Below are positions 1 to 11,034 of a stretch of DNA of 64,000 bases, piece after piece. The notes beneath the pieces are model-generated. The model was given only the letters and a program-made list of their open reading frames with translations, had not been told where the DNA came from and did not search any database. The DNA comes from Candidatus Cloacimonadales bacterium (GTDB taxonomy: Bacteria > Cloacimonadota > Cloacimonadia > Cloacimonadales > DAONDQ01), in NCBI GenBank assembly GCA_963662275.1, contig OY759316.1:1280001-1344000 (forward strand), written 5' to 3'. The stretch's first letter is position 1. Every line of letters starts with the position of its first letter. A program made the translations under genes and the position numbers.

Positions 1-398
1 TTTTTGGCAAATTGCTTTGATGGCGGTAAACTGTAAGTTAATTTTACCGACGGGATTGTCTTGCCTAAATTATAGAAACAACCGAAATATTACAGGCAAT
101 TTGCTAAAATACTTGAAAACAATATCAGCCCATACACAAAAAGTCTGATCTCAAAGTGATTTGATAACTTCTGAAAAGAAAATCATCTCTTCCATTGGTA
201 AAAGACTCTGCTAAAATTGTAAAAATCCAATTCAACCCAAGAAATCTTCAAAAAGCAATTTCCAAATACATATTCAAAATCACCCTGCTACTTGAGCTTG
301 TTCAACAGCATATCCAATCATGTCTATGATGGGAAATGCTTATTATGTTATATCTACGGATGATGAATCATGAACTGAGCTATGCCAAAAGGAAGGTG

Positions 399-1490
399 AT
401 GATGGGGAAGCTCTTACTAATTGGTATTGTCGTGATTGGGGTTGTTTGTTCTACAGCTATTTTGAGTTCTAATGCTCAAACAACAAAATTACCGCAAGTG
501 GCAGTCAGTGAAATTTCCACAAAAGAGACGAAAAACCTGTCTAATTATGCTGTTCGGTATGCACTACAGTTTGCTGAATCTCAACATTTTCCAGCAAGAT
601 CGGGATTCACGAGGAAGCAGACTTTCAACAATTTTTTTTATCGCAATGGATATATTGATAGTATTCGTTATTCTTATGTGACTTCAAAACAAGCTTTTCA
701 AATTAAAACATATACTCGAACAACAGTCAATGGAAAGACTGCCAGCCGATGTACGATGGCTGGTATTAGTGGTATTAGCTCTATCGGTGGGAAAGGGAAC
801 CTGGCTCACTGGAGTTATGATTATAACTTTCTGGATTCATCTCCCAATGGGAACGATGGAACAGGTTTGAATGGTATCCGTTTTCAAAGCAATGGACTCA
901 ATAATGCAGCCGTATTCATCGATGGACGTAACGATTACGTAACCTACGAAGATAGCCCAACACTTGATATGCCCGTTAATTTCTCCTGGTCATTCTGGGG
1001 CAACTGGAACTCAGACCCCAATGGCTGGATTCCCTTTATGTGGAAAGCTTCCTTGCCAAATAATACTAGTTATTGGAATAAACCAAGTTATGGTTTGTGG
1101 ATCAAGAATGACTATCTCCACGCAGGTATTTTGACGCAAAACATGGAATGGATCGAAGCAATTTCTACAATGCAAGTGAAGCCCCAGGGTACCTGGCATC
1201 TTATGTGTATTACGTATAATGGTTTAACGCTCAAAATCTATTATGACGGTGTTGTTGTTGGAACTGCGACAGGCTCGGTCGGTGGTCCAATATACAATTC
1301 CACTGAAATAGTAAGTATTGCTAGGATATCCCAAGATGGCTCTTATATATATTTTAAAGGCAGGATGGATGAAATTGGTATGTATGATTTTGTATTTACA
1401 CAAGCACAGGTACTATCCATTTGGAATAGTCCGAATGGACTTCTTCCAACAACTACCGGTATTCCTGTTGTAGAATATGTCAAGGAGTAA
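399..1490 (+). CDS. LamG/concanavalin-like domain protein with N-terminal hydrophobic anchor
   Basis: Hydrophobic N-terminus (MMGKLLLIGIVVIGVV). C-terminal LamG signature (W-H-L-x-x-T-Y-N-G...Y-Y-D-G...F-K-G-R-M-D-E-I-G-M-Y). Start moved to ATG 399 after AAGGAAGG. Confidence 0.7.
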   Translation: MMGKLLLIGIVVIGVVCSTAILSSNAQTTKLPQVAVSEISTKETKNLSNYAVRYALQFAESQHFPARSGFTRKQTFNNFFYRNGYIDSIRYSYVTSKQAFQIKTYTRTTVNGKTASRCTMAGISGISSIGGKGNLAHWSYDYNFLDSSPNGNDGTGLNGIRFQSNGLNNAAVFIDGRNDYVTYEDSPTLDMPVNFSWSFWGNWNSDPNGWIPFMWKASLPNNTSYWNKPSYGLWIKNDYLHAGILTQNMEWIEAISTMQVKPQGTWHLMCITYNGLTLKIYYDGVVVGTATGSVGGPIYNSTEIVSIARISQDGSYIYFKGRMDEIGMYDFVFTQAQVLSIWNSPNGLLPTTTGIPVVEYVKE

Positions 1491-1951
1491 AGCAGAAAGA
1501 ATAGAGAAAAAAGAATTAGACTCTGTGGAAAAAAGTAGCAAAGGAATATTGGAGTCCAAATCGCCACCGTGACTTGTTGATTATCGATTAATTATATGCG
1601 ATACGGACTTCAGTATTCCGATTACCTAAACAATTGATTATTATCACTTAAAATTCGTTTATTCCCCTAATGCCGAAGTCCGCAATTCCTATGAATTGGT
1701 AGTAGTATGGTTGTTTTCGTAGGAATTTTGAACTCCGGCATGCTTGTCTGGACTTTTTTCTACAGATTCATAATGAAGCATTGAAATTGAAGAAAAGGTT
1801 GGAGTACCCTATTCTCTAGGTGTGCCAGGCGAATATTTGTCTCCTCCAGTACATATTAATGGTCATTTCAGCTAATCACACTATCTTATCCCATGTCGAC
1901 TTATGTAGTGACCAGAAACTTCATCAGATAATTCTAAAAAAGGAGAACAAT

Positions 1952-2101
1952 ATGTTATTAACGGTTGGTATCATTTTAATCGTGTTATGGTTACTGGGAG
2001 TAGTAACATCATATACATTGGGTGGTTTTATTCACATACTTTTGGTGATTGCTGTTATCGTCATTTTAATTCGAGTGATTAAAGGCCAAAAGGTGCTATG
2101 A
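1952..2101 (+). CDS. small membrane protein, lmo0937/DUF5670 family
   Basis: RBS AAGGAG then MLLTVGIILIVLWLLGVVTSYTLGGFIHILLVIAVIVILIRVIKG, the family-typical sequence. Confidence 0.85.
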   Translation: MLLTVGIILIVLWLLGVVTSYTLGGFIHILLVIAVIVILIRVIKGQKVL

Positions 2102-2236
2102 TCTCAAATCATCTATAGAAGATTTTGAGGAAAGAACAATAATTTGACAAGAGTAATACCATTTATGTAAATGGTTGCATCAGTTTGTCGTTCATGACTT
2201 TGTAGAGGAGAATCGCAAGTAATGTAGTTTTACATA

Positions 2237-4123
2237 TCATTTTGGTAATGAAAAATAGAATGTAGCTCCCTCATCAATATCTCCCTTAGCCCAGACCTTG
2301 CCTCCATGACGTAAAATAATACGCTGCACAATAGCCAAACCAACGCCTGTGCCTTCAAACTCCTGTGTGCTATGCAGACGCTGGAATATTCTAAAAAGCT
2401 TATCCATATACAGTTGATCAAAACCAGCGCCATTGTCTTTGACAGAAAAAATAATTTCGTTTTCTTGTTCAGCAGCATTCACTTCAATGATCGCCTGCTC
2501 TTTTTTTGATGAGTATTTTACGGCATTCGAAAGCAAGTGAAACCACACTTGACGAATTAGTTTCTCATCTCCAGTAACAATAGGCAATTTACTGACTTCG
2601 AAATCCATCCTCCCTGGATTTCCTGGACTGATAATTTCACGTGCAATAAATTGAACTATTACTTCCATATTTATCTTCGAAATTTGCATTGGTATTCTAC
2701 CGATACGTGAGAATGTAAGCAAGTTATCAATGAGTTTACTCATATCCTTGGTACTTTCCGTGATGATAGAGCAGAGATGCTTACCTTCAGTATCGAGAAT
2801 TGATTTATAATCCTCCTGGAGGATGTGCGTAAATCCATCAACCGCCCGAAGTGGTGTTTGAAGGTAATGGGCTATCGAAGATGCAAAGTCCTCCAGCTCT
2901 CTATTTGCAACTTCAAGTTCTGCTGTACGTTTTGCCACTTGTTCTTCGAGTTCAACAGTATAATTCTTCATATGATCGAACAAGAGTATTTCAGCCTTTT
3001 TCCGTTCTGTAATATCAAAAACTGTACCGATGATAGAAATAAGATTATCATCACTATCATATATGCCTTGAAAAGTAGATTGATAATAACCAATACTTTC
3101 ATCTGGACGAAGGAATTTTTGTTCATAACTTCCCTTTTCATGAGACTCCATTGCCTTCTTAATTAATTCCTGGTCACGTTCGTGGTCTTCTGCCCAAGGG
3201 GACAATGACATGATAGAATCAATTTGAGGCTTGAATTCCCTTGAATCAAGTCGAAAAATCTGATATACTTCATCTGACCAGGCAACATCCCCAGTTTGAA
3301 TATCCCAACTCCAATAACCCAATTGTGCCAATTGTTTAGCTTCACTGAGTTTTCTTTCACTTTCTCTTAATGCTTCTTCGGCTTTTCTTTGTTCTGTGAT
3401 ATCATTAATGCTGGAAAGAATACAGTTTCCGATGTTTAATTTGATCATTAAGGCTGAAAATAAAGTATTAATAATTTTACCGTCTTTCTTTCGGAATAAA
3501 TATTCTTTATTTTTTACCTCACAACCTGAATGAAGAATATTTATAACCTCCTGCCGATCACTTTCCTTTACCCACAATTTTAATCCGATGGAAGAATTGG
3601 TTAAAGCTTCTTCCTGTGTATATCCGATGATTGTGCAAAAAGTATCATTGATTTCGATGAATTTACCATCTTCAGCACGAGTAATGGTGATAGCATAGGG
3701 GGATGTCTGGAATGCCTTGGAAAATTTCTCCTCACTTTCTTTTAATGTTTCCTCAGCGCTTTTCATCTCTGTAATTTCCCTGGAAAGGATAAAAATTCCT
3801 TCGGGTACAGGCTGAATGCTTAGATCAAACCAATTCTTTGAACAATTAGGAAAAACATTATCACTTTCGAAATGATGTGCTACACGCTCTTCCATACAAT
3901 GCTGTAATATTTGAAATACTTCTGTTTGGTTAATTCCATGCCATACATCCATATATTTTTTACCTAGAATTTCTTCTCTGGACAAATGACTGTGAACGAG
4001 AGCAGCATTATTTACATACAGATATGTCCAGTCAAAACCAATGATTTGGCATCCTTCCATCAAACTATCAAATGTTGAACGAAAAAGCTCTTCACTTTTC
4101 TGAATATCATTTGATAAGTTCAT
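2237..4123 (-). CDS. multi-PAS sensor histidine kinase
   Basis: Three PAS/PAC repeats (REITEMK, NDITEQR, FDITERK), H-box (IAHYLQTPL), N/G1/F/G2 boxes (LLSNAVKY, DNGAGF, GTGVGLAIV). Confidence 0.9.
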   Translation of the reverse strand: MNLSNDIQKSEELFRSTFDSLMEGCQIIGFDWTYLYVNNAALVHSHLSREEILGKKYMDVWHGINQTEVFQILQHCMEERVAHHFESDNVFPNCSKNWFDLSIQPVPEGIFILSREITEMKSAEETLKESEEKFSKAFQTSPYAITITRAEDGKFIEINDTFCTIIGYTQEEALTNSSIGLKLWVKESDRQEVINILHSGCEVKNKEYLFRKKDGKIINTLFSALMIKLNIGNCILSSINDITEQRKAEEALRESERKLSEAKQLAQLGYWSWDIQTGDVAWSDEVYQIFRLDSREFKPQIDSIMSLSPWAEDHERDQELIKKAMESHEKGSYEQKFLRPDESIGYYQSTFQGIYDSDDNLISIIGTVFDITERKKAEILLFDHMKNYTVELEEQVAKRTAELEVANRELEDFASSIAHYLQTPLRAVDGFTHILQEDYKSILDTEGKHLCSIITESTKDMSKLIDNLLTFSRIGRIPMQISKINMEVIVQFIAREIISPGNPGRMDFEVSKLPIVTGDEKLIRQVWFHLLSNAVKYSSKKEQAIIEVNAAEQENEIIFSVKDNGAGFDQLYMDKLFRIFQRLHSTQEFEGTGVGLAIVQRIILRHGGKVWAKGDIDEGATFYFSLPK

Positions 4124-4437
4124 TGTAATACCCCCTGTGATTCAAAATATAATTATAATTTATATTATTTGAGGAATTATGCAAATTATGAAAGTTAATT
4201 TTTTATAACCAGTCATCTGTCTGAAACACTAGATAACCCAGTTACATCATTTATATTGCCATAGAGAAGTACCTATGCAAACGATCAGGATGTGTTTGTA
4301 ACTATTATCAGGATGCCATGTGGAAACAGCGAACACAAACATTTCATTACCCTTGATTTAATATCGCAATAAACAAGATTTTATTTGCTTGACAAGAATA
4401 CCCTCCTTTCTTTGATAACGCCACATTGTGAATATAC

Positions 4438-4513
4438 GGCGAGATAGCTCAGCCGGTAGAGCAGAGGCCTGAAAAGCCTTGTGTCCCCAGTTCAATTCTG
4501 GGTCTTGCCACCA
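4438..4513 (+). tRNA. tRNA-Phe(GAA)
   Basis: Cloverleaf: acceptor GGCGAGA/TCTTGCC, D arm GCTC/GAGC, anticodon loop CTGAAAA, T loop TTCAATT, encoded CCA. TTGACA upstream at 4389. Confidence 0.95.
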
Positions 4514-4519
4514 TAAATC

Positions 4520-4550
4520 AAAGGCACTCTTGCGAGTGCCTTTTTCTTTT
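4520..4550 (+). terminator. intrinsic terminator after tRNA-Phe
   Basis: AAAGGCACTC-TTGC-GAGTGCCTTT hairpin followed by a T-rich tract. Confidence 0.75.
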
Positions 4551-4577
4551 CAGTCCCATGACAGGAGAGATAAAAGC

Positions 4578-6122
4578 ATGTATCTATTGAAAAACCTGCA
4601 AATACCAGTACAAAAAGAACCTGATTTAAAACAATACATCTGCAGAAAGCTGGGTATTTCTGCAAATCAGCTCTTACATCAAGAAGTATTATTACGTTCA
4701 ATTGATGCAAGGCATCGTAACAGGCTTAACTTCAATTACACTCTTCTCATAGAAATAGGCGTACCAATTCCCTGCCATGTCGATTTACTGCCTAATCATG
4801 AAGAAATTCCTGACCAGGTTTCTCCTCACAATGTCACGGATATAAATCCTTTCATTATTGGCACTGGACCGGCTGGTCTATTTTGCGCCCTTGCTATGGT
4901 GAAACAGGGATTGCAACCCTATCTGTTTGATAGGGGAGATGATCTTAATGAAAGAAACAAGAAGGTACAAAACTTCTGGAAAACAGGTAAACTTGATCCT
5001 GAATCTAACGTACAGTTTGGTGAAGGTGGTGCAGGCACATTCTCAGATGGCAAATTAACTGCACGCAGCAGGTCACTATACAGCCGGCAAGTATATGAAC
5101 TTCTCATTCAATTCGGGGCAGATGAAAGTATCAAGTTCGAAGCTCTTCCTCATATTGGGACAGATGTTTTGAAAACAGTACTGTTAAATATTCGCAGTTA
5201 TCTTGAGGAAAAGGGATGTCGTTTCTTCTGGAATCACAAACTGGAACAAGCGATTATCGCTGATAACAAGGTTACTGAAGTTGTTATCAATGGTCAGAAG
5301 TACAAGCCTGAAATACTTGTTCTTGCCATTGGTAATGCAGCCCGTGATACATTTGAAATGCTGCATAAACACAGTATCCAAATGGAGGCAAAGGCATTTG
5401 CCGTCGGCGTCAGGATTGAGCATACACAGGATTTCATCAATGAAAGCTTCTACGGAGATAAAACAGATTTCTCCCTGACTGGTCCTGCCACCTATCGTCT
5501 CACAGCTAAATCAGGAAGGCGAGGTGTCTATAGTTTTTGCATGTGCCCCGGTGGTGATGTGATTTCCGCAGCTTCTGAAACGGGTATGCAGGTCACAAAC
5601 GGCATGAGTAACCATCGAAGAAATGGTCGATATGCCAATAGTGCGATTGTAACAACTGTCGATCAAAGTGATTTTGGAGATGGTGTTCTTGCAGGTATCA
5701 GGTTTCAAAGAATGATAGAAGCAAAGGCTTTTCGTCCTGACTATTCAGCACCTATCCAAAAGGCTTCTGATTTCTTACAGAATAAGATTACATCCGGCAA
5801 TATCTCAACATCTTATCGACCAGGCTTTAAAAGTGAAGAACTGAGTGTTTTATTCCCAAAAGATATTATCATTGCTTTAAAAGATGGCTTGAATACATTT
5901 AATAAGAAAGTCCAGGGTTTTTGCGAAAAGGGATTTCTAATCGCACCTGAAACACGAACCTCTTCACCTGTAAGAATTACCAGGGATTTATTGACAGGTT
6001 CTTCCGTTCATATTATTAATCTATATCCTATTGGCGAGGGATCAGGTTATGCCGGAGGAATCATCAGTAGCGCCGTGGATGGATATAAACTGGGACTGCG
6101 TTTAATATTTCGTAGCGCATGA
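4578..6122 (+). CDS. FAD-dependent oxidoreductase (uncharacterised dehydrogenase family)
   Basis: GTGPAG dinucleotide-binding motif, conserved SNVQFGEGGAGTFSDGKL, FCMCPGG, ETRTSSP, GEGSGYAGGI. Start at ATG 4578 after AGGAG. Confidence 0.85.
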   Translation: MYLLKNLQIPVQKEPDLKQYICRKLGISANQLLHQEVLLRSIDARHRNRLNFNYTLLIEIGVPIPCHVDLLPNHEEIPDQVSPHNVTDINPFIIGTGPAGLFCALAMVKQGLQPYLFDRGDDLNERNKKVQNFWKTGKLDPESNVQFGEGGAGTFSDGKLTARSRSLYSRQVYELLIQFGADESIKFEALPHIGTDVLKTVLLNIRSYLEEKGCRFFWNHKLEQAIIADNKVTEVVINGQKYKPEILVLAIGNAARDTFEMLHKHSIQMEAKAFAVGVRIEHTQDFINESFYGDKTDFSLTGPATYRLTAKSGRRGVYSFCMCPGGDVISAASETGMQVTNGMSNHRRNGRYANSAIVTTVDQSDFGDGVLAGIRFQRMIEAKAFRPDYSAPIQKASDFLQNKITSGNISTSYRPGFKSEELSVLFPKDIIIALKDGLNTFNKKVQGFCEKGFLIAPETRTSSPVRITRDLLTGSSVHIINLYPIGEGSGYAGGIISSAVDGYKLGLRLIFRSA

Positions 6123-6197
6123 CCTCCGGGCATGCATGATGTTGAAAAAGGCTGCCAGGGATGTCAGCCCCTAAACAGATTTAACCAAGAGATAATT

Positions 6198-7412
6198 ATG
6201 ATTCAAACAGATGTTTTGATAGTAGGCGGCGGACCTGCTGGTTTATCTGCTGCAAAATCTGCTGCACAGAAGGGTGTCTCTGTTTTGTTATTCGAAAAGA
6301 GTCGAGAGATTGGATATCCAGTGCATACGAGCGGTGGAAGTTGGATAAAGGAATTGAGAGAGCTAGGTATTCCAGAGAAGTTCATGAATCCAATTTCCAA
6401 AGTCGATTTCATTATTCGAGATGATAAAGCCACATTTGATTTTCCTGAACCTGTTTCATGCGTACTTGATATTCGGGGTCTTTACCAATTCCTTGCGCAG
6501 GAAGCAGCTTTGGAGGGAGCTATCATTCGAGTTAATTCACATGTTACTGAGCCTTTAATGGAGAATGATAAGATCATAGGGGTCAATGTAATCAGAAATG
6601 GTATTAAAGAGGAAGTCAGAGCCAAAGTCGTTATCGATGCCAGTGGATTTCATGGCGTATTAACGCGGAAGCTTGGTTTGATGGATGAAATCACCAGCTA
6701 TGGTTATGGTGCTGAATATGAACTCATTACTGATTCTTGGAAGCAGGATCATGTAGGTTTATTGTTTGGGTCTCAATTTGCTCCAAATGGCTACGGTTGG
6801 GTCTTTCCCTGTGGTGATCACAAGGTTAGAATAGGAACAGGTATCATCTATCCTGATGCTCAGAAGAGTCCCATCCAACTTTTGGATCATTTCATGGAAA
6901 GTGATGACGAAATTGCTCAGAGTTTACGACCATATAGTCTTATGGAAGTCCATCTTGGTTCAGTACCAAACTCCGGTACATTAAAACAGACATACACCGA
7001 TAATTTCCTTATCGCTGGCGATAGTGCAGGTCATGTTTCAGGTATTGCCGGCGAAGGCATCAGATATGCAATTGATATCGGAGGAATGGCAGGTAATGTG
7101 GCAGCAGATGCCGTGAAAAAGAGTAATACTTCAGCTTCGTTCCTGAAAACATTTGAAGCTTCATGGAAGAAAAAATACCAGACGAATTTCTACATTTCAA
7201 ATTTGATTAATCAAAGAATTAGGCAATTTACTGATAGTGAATGGACAGCGAGGATTAAATTACTGAAGCAAGTGGACAAGGAAATTGTCGTTTCCATGAT
7301 GAAAGGAAATTATGATATGAATCTTGTAGCGCTTGTTCTTCGCAAGAATCCTGAATTACTAGTTAGGAAATCTTTTGGGATTATCCGTAAAGCGATTGGA
7401 ATGAAGAAATAA
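6198..7412 (+). CDS. geranylgeranyl-reductase-family flavoprotein
   Basis: DVLIVGGGPAG Rossmann motif, VIDASG, GYGWVFP (YxWxFP), GDSAG...GEGI. Confidence 0.8.
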   Translation: MIQTDVLIVGGGPAGLSAAKSAAQKGVSVLLFEKSREIGYPVHTSGGSWIKELRELGIPEKFMNPISKVDFIIRDDKATFDFPEPVSCVLDIRGLYQFLAQEAALEGAIIRVNSHVTEPLMENDKIIGVNVIRNGIKEEVRAKVVIDASGFHGVLTRKLGLMDEITSYGYGAEYELITDSWKQDHVGLLFGSQFAPNGYGWVFPCGDHKVRIGTGIIYPDAQKSPIQLLDHFMESDDEIAQSLRPYSLMEVHLGSVPNSGTLKQTYTDNFLIAGDSAGHVSGIAGEGIRYAIDIGGMAGNVAADAVKKSNTSASFLKTFEASWKKKYQTNFYISNLINQRIRQFTDSEWTARIKLLKQVDKEIVVSMMKGNYDMNLVALVLRKNPELLVRKSFGIIRKAIGMKK

Positions 7413-7414
7413 CT

Positions 7415-7479
7415 TGTAGAGTAGGACGCCGATCCTGCTGAATGTAGAGTAGGATGCAGTTCATGCTGAATGTAAAGTA
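7415..7479 (+). repeat. 28-bp direct repeat, 2 copies plus a partial copy
   Basis: TGTAGAGTAGGA...TGCTGAA at 7415 and 7443, partial TGTAAAGTA at 7471. Confidence 0.65.
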
Positions 7480-7491
7480 TTAGGAAGTGAA

Positions 7492-10044
7492 ATGTCAGTG
7501 AAAAGAAATATCAGTGCCTTCATAGGTTCCTTTATTAGCATTGTTCTTCTCAGCATTGCCTTTTGGATCATACATGTAAAACTTAAACAATACCATTATC
7601 ATGAGATTGTATTTGCCATGCATAGCATTTCGAAAATCCACATACTCTGGGCATTGGGGTTAACCTTTGTAAGTTATTTTGTAATGACATTCTATGATTA
7701 TCTAGCTCTCCGTTACGTTAATTTCAAGCTATCCTATTCTAAAATATCCTTTTCCTCATTCATTGCCTATTCATTCAGCAATAGCATGGGGCATCCGCTG
7801 ATCACAGGAGCCGTCAGATACAGATTGTATTCTGCATGGGGATTGAGTGCCATTAATATAGCCAAAGTAGTGGCTTTTTGCACATTTACATTATGGCTGG
7901 GTTTTGTGTTTCTTGCCGGTTTATTCTTTTCGATAGCTCCCATGCATTTGCCTAGTAGTATTCACTTACCGTTTAATTCAATACGCATCATAGGTTTCCT
8001 ATTTCTAAGTATCGTCATCGGGTATTTTGGCTTAGTCTTTCTTAAGAGAATCAAGATTCCATTTAGGAAATGGAGTTTTGAGTTACCACGACCGCAAATT
8101 GCCATCAGCCAGCTCTTTGTATCTTCATTGGATTGGATATTTGCCGGTTCGGTATTATTCTTGCTGCTCCCCCAAGGGCATAGTATTCATTTCTTTACTT
8201 TCATGAGCTTCTATCTACTAGCCCAGGTAATTGCAATCATCAGTCAAGTCCCAGGGGGAATCGGGGTTTTTGAATCTTTAATGTTGCTGTTACTCGGTAA
8301 TGCTTTTACTCCAGCAACAACAATGGGAGTTTTGCTGGCAAATCGCATGATATATTATTTAATTCCTTTAGGATTTGGGTCATTGCTATTTGCCGGTAAT
8401 GAACTTGTTCGTCAACGCAAGCACTTGAAATATGTGATGAACCTCTATGATAAGTTGATTGCTCCACTAGCACCTCAATTATATGCGATTCTTGTCTTCC
8501 TGGGTGGCATTATCTTATTGTTTTCAACAGTGACACCTTCCGTGCATCATAGGTTAATGGCTTTGCAGGAAATTATTCCAGTTCCTGTGATTGAAATATC
8601 TCATTTCATGGGCAGTATCATTGGGATTACACTATTGTTCTTAGCGAGAGGATTACAAAAACGACTCGATTCTGCTTATTATCTGACGATTTTGATGATG
8701 CTAGCAGGCGTACTTGTTTCTTTGCTCAAGGGATTTGACTATGAAGAAGCATTGATATTAAGTGTCATGCTGCTTGTCTTGATTCCCAGTCATCGGCATT
8801 TTTATCGAAAATCATCATTACTTAACCAGCCATTTACACCGATGTGGATATTGTCAATATTCATCGCACTTTGTTGTACCGTATGGCTCGGATTCTTCTC
8901 TTTCAAGCATGTTCAATATGCAAAAGAGTTATGGTGGAGTTTCACTCTTCATGGAGATGCCCCCAGGTTCTTACGTGAATTAGTGGGGCTTGCCGGATTC
9001 CTGTTGATATTCAGTATTATTCGCATGATGCGTATTACATCTCCGAAAATTGATGAAACCCCTGATATGAATGCAGTCAAAGAAATACTAAAATCTTCAG
9101 ATAATACAAATTCTAACCTGGCTTTATTGGGAGATAAACGTTTCTTCTTTAACGAACAGAAAACAGCATTCATCATGTATGCGATTGAAGGAAGAAGTTG
9201 GATTGTCATGGGTGATCCTATTGGTGAAGAATCAGAAATCAAGGAATTAGCCTGGCAATTTAGAGAATATTGCGATAGAAATGGAGGGAGAACTGTTTTT
9301 TATGAAGTTGGAACCAAAAATCTCGACCATTTCCTGGATATGGGTTTAACTCTAACAAAAATAGGAGAAACTGCCAGAATCGATTTGAGCTTATTTGATT
9401 TGGAAGCTGCCGGACATAAAAGACATCGTAGAACGCTTAAAACTGTAGAATTAGATGGCTGTTCCTTCGAAATGGTTCCTGTTGATAAAGTATCGGATAT
9501 CATGCAAGACCTTCAAACAATATCTGATGCCTGGTTAGTTGCCAAGAATGCTCGTGAGAAAGGCTTTTCACTTGGCTATTTCAGCTCTGATTACATCAGG
9601 CAATTCCCTGTTGCTGTTGTGAAAAAAAATGAAGAGATCATTGCTTTTGCGAATATCTGGACGACAAATACTAAAAATGAAATGTCAATCGATTTAATGC
9701 GTTATATCCCTGGTAAAACTGATAGTGTTATGGAATATCTGTTCCTAAAGCTGATTATCTGGGGAAAGGAAAATGGATATCTATGGTTTGAACTTGGAAT
9801 GGCTCCTTTATCCGGGTTGTATAATCGATCGTTAGCACCTTTATGGCATCGGTTAGGCTCTTTGATATTCCAATTTGGCAATCCGGTATATAAACTGCAA
9901 GGGCTTAGAGCATACAAAGAGAAATTTGATCCAACCTGGGAGCCGATCTACATTGCCTCTCCGGGAGGACTGTCGTTACCTGAAATTTTGATAAACCTCT
10001 CTTCTTTGATCTCAAAAGGTTATAAACGCTATCTTAAAACTTAA
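7492..10044 (+). CDS. mprF: bifunctional aminoacyl-phosphatidylglycerol flippase/synthetase
   Basis: Multi-TM N-terminal part (SQVPGGIGVFE, LLKGFDYEEA) and C-terminal synthetase domain (LGDK, MGDPIG, EKGFSLG, SIDLMR, LGMAPLSG, GLRAYKEKF). Confidence 0.92.
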   Translation: MSVKRNISAFIGSFISIVLLSIAFWIIHVKLKQYHYHEIVFAMHSISKIHILWALGLTFVSYFVMTFYDYLALRYVNFKLSYSKISFSSFIAYSFSNSMGHPLITGAVRYRLYSAWGLSAINIAKVVAFCTFTLWLGFVFLAGLFFSIAPMHLPSSIHLPFNSIRIIGFLFLSIVIGYFGLVFLKRIKIPFRKWSFELPRPQIAISQLFVSSLDWIFAGSVLFLLLPQGHSIHFFTFMSFYLLAQVIAIISQVPGGIGVFESLMLLLLGNAFTPATTMGVLLANRMIYYLIPLGFGSLLFAGNELVRQRKHLKYVMNLYDKLIAPLAPQLYAILVFLGGIILLFSTVTPSVHHRLMALQEIIPVPVIEISHFMGSIIGITLLFLARGLQKRLDSAYYLTILMMLAGVLVSLLKGFDYEEALILSVMLLVLIPSHRHFYRKSSLLNQPFTPMWILSIFIALCCTVWLGFFSFKHVQYAKELWWSFTLHGDAPRFLRELVGLAGFLLIFSIIRMMRITSPKIDETPDMNAVKEILKSSDNTNSNLALLGDKRFFFNEQKTAFIMYAIEGRSWIVMGDPIGEESEIKELAWQFREYCDRNGGRTVFYEVGTKNLDHFLDMGLTLTKIGETARIDLSLFDLEAAGHKRHRRTLKTVELDGCSFEMVPVDKVSDIMQDLQTISDAWLVAKNAREKGFSLGYFSSDYIRQFPVAVVKKNEEIIAFANIWTTNTKNEMSIDLMRYIPGKTDSVMEYLFLKLIIWGKENGYLWFELGMAPLSGLYNRSLAPLWHRLGSLIFQFGNPVYKLQGLRAYKEKFDPTWEPIYIASPGGLSLPEILINLSSLISKGYKRYLKT

Positions 10045-10144
10045 ACCAGATGTAGGCATTCTGAAATAAGTGCTACAAATGCCACCCAAAATAGCGACAC
10101 ACAGTCTCCCATTAGATCTAACTCAATTGATAAGATTTCTGATA

Positions 10145-10906
10145 TTATGTTCGTACCTGCCAATCGTCAAATTGGAAGTCCAAGTCTACAAAGCCACACA
10201 TGATATAATTCTTAATTGCCACCGGATTGCTGGCATATAAGTAGAGATAATTATCGGATATTTGGTTGTGATAATCAACTAAGAAATGCATCAGTGATCT
10301 TCCATATCCCTTCCCGCGATATTTTACATGCGTAATGACATCATCGACCCGTGAATAGTGTTCCATGATCTTCAATGATGCTATTGTTACAGGTTTATCC
10401 TCTACAAAACCGACTAGTAAATGAAATGAGGGTAGTTTCAGATGCCTTTCAATGACCTTAACAGTCCATTCACCACCATCATCATCAGAGAAAATGATAG
10501 CATTCACATCGGGTGTAAGTTCATAAATTCTCTGAAATGTGATATTTTGGACGATCCTGACATCCGATGGTTTCTGCCATAAAAAATACTGATTCAAGTT
10601 CTGATAGGCAAGATGGAACTGATATTTATCAAAATAAGGTTGGAGAATATCCAGTTCTTTTGCCTGCATAGAGGCAAAAATACGTGGAATGATCTGTTTA
10701 CTACTGTAAAAGGATAGGATTTCCTGGAATGCATGATCTAAATCAGATGTTAAATCTGTGATTATGGCATGATTGCTGTCCCAGGAATCTTTATTATCAT
10801 CATTATAATAGAGTATCCCATAAGAATTGATGATAGAATCAGCAAAATCCTGTGGGAAATGAATCTCTTTATCAATGAGATCCTCCATATTAAACGATGG
10901 TTTCAT
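10145..10906 (-). CDS. GNAT family acetyltransferase
   Basis: C-terminal VITHVKYRGKGYG acetyl-CoA motif and NPVAIKNY. RBS GGAG. Confidence 0.8.
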   Translation of the reverse strand: MKPSFNMEDLIDKEIHFPQDFADSIINSYGILYYNDDNKDSWDSNHAIITDLTSDLDHAFQEILSFYSSKQIIPRIFASMQAKELDILQPYFDKYQFHLAYQNLNQYFLWQKPSDVRIVQNITFQRIYELTPDVNAIIFSDDDGGEWTVKVIERHLKLPSFHLLVGFVEDKPVTIASLKIMEHYSRVDDVITHVKYRGKGYGRSLMHFLVDYHNQISDNYLYLYASNPVAIKNYIMCGFVDLDFQFDDWQVRT

Positions 10907-11034
10907 TTATGCTCCAAAAGAATGTTACTATCAATTCAGATGACAGTTTAAGTACATGATCTGAATTTGTATCATTCTGCTATACTTTTATTATCGTCAA
11001 GAATTAAATGCAGAAACGATCAGACAGATCACAG

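Noticed and set aside
4479..4577. N-terminal extension of the 547-aa ORF
   Set aside because: It overlaps tRNA-Phe and its terminator. The RBS supports ATG 4578.
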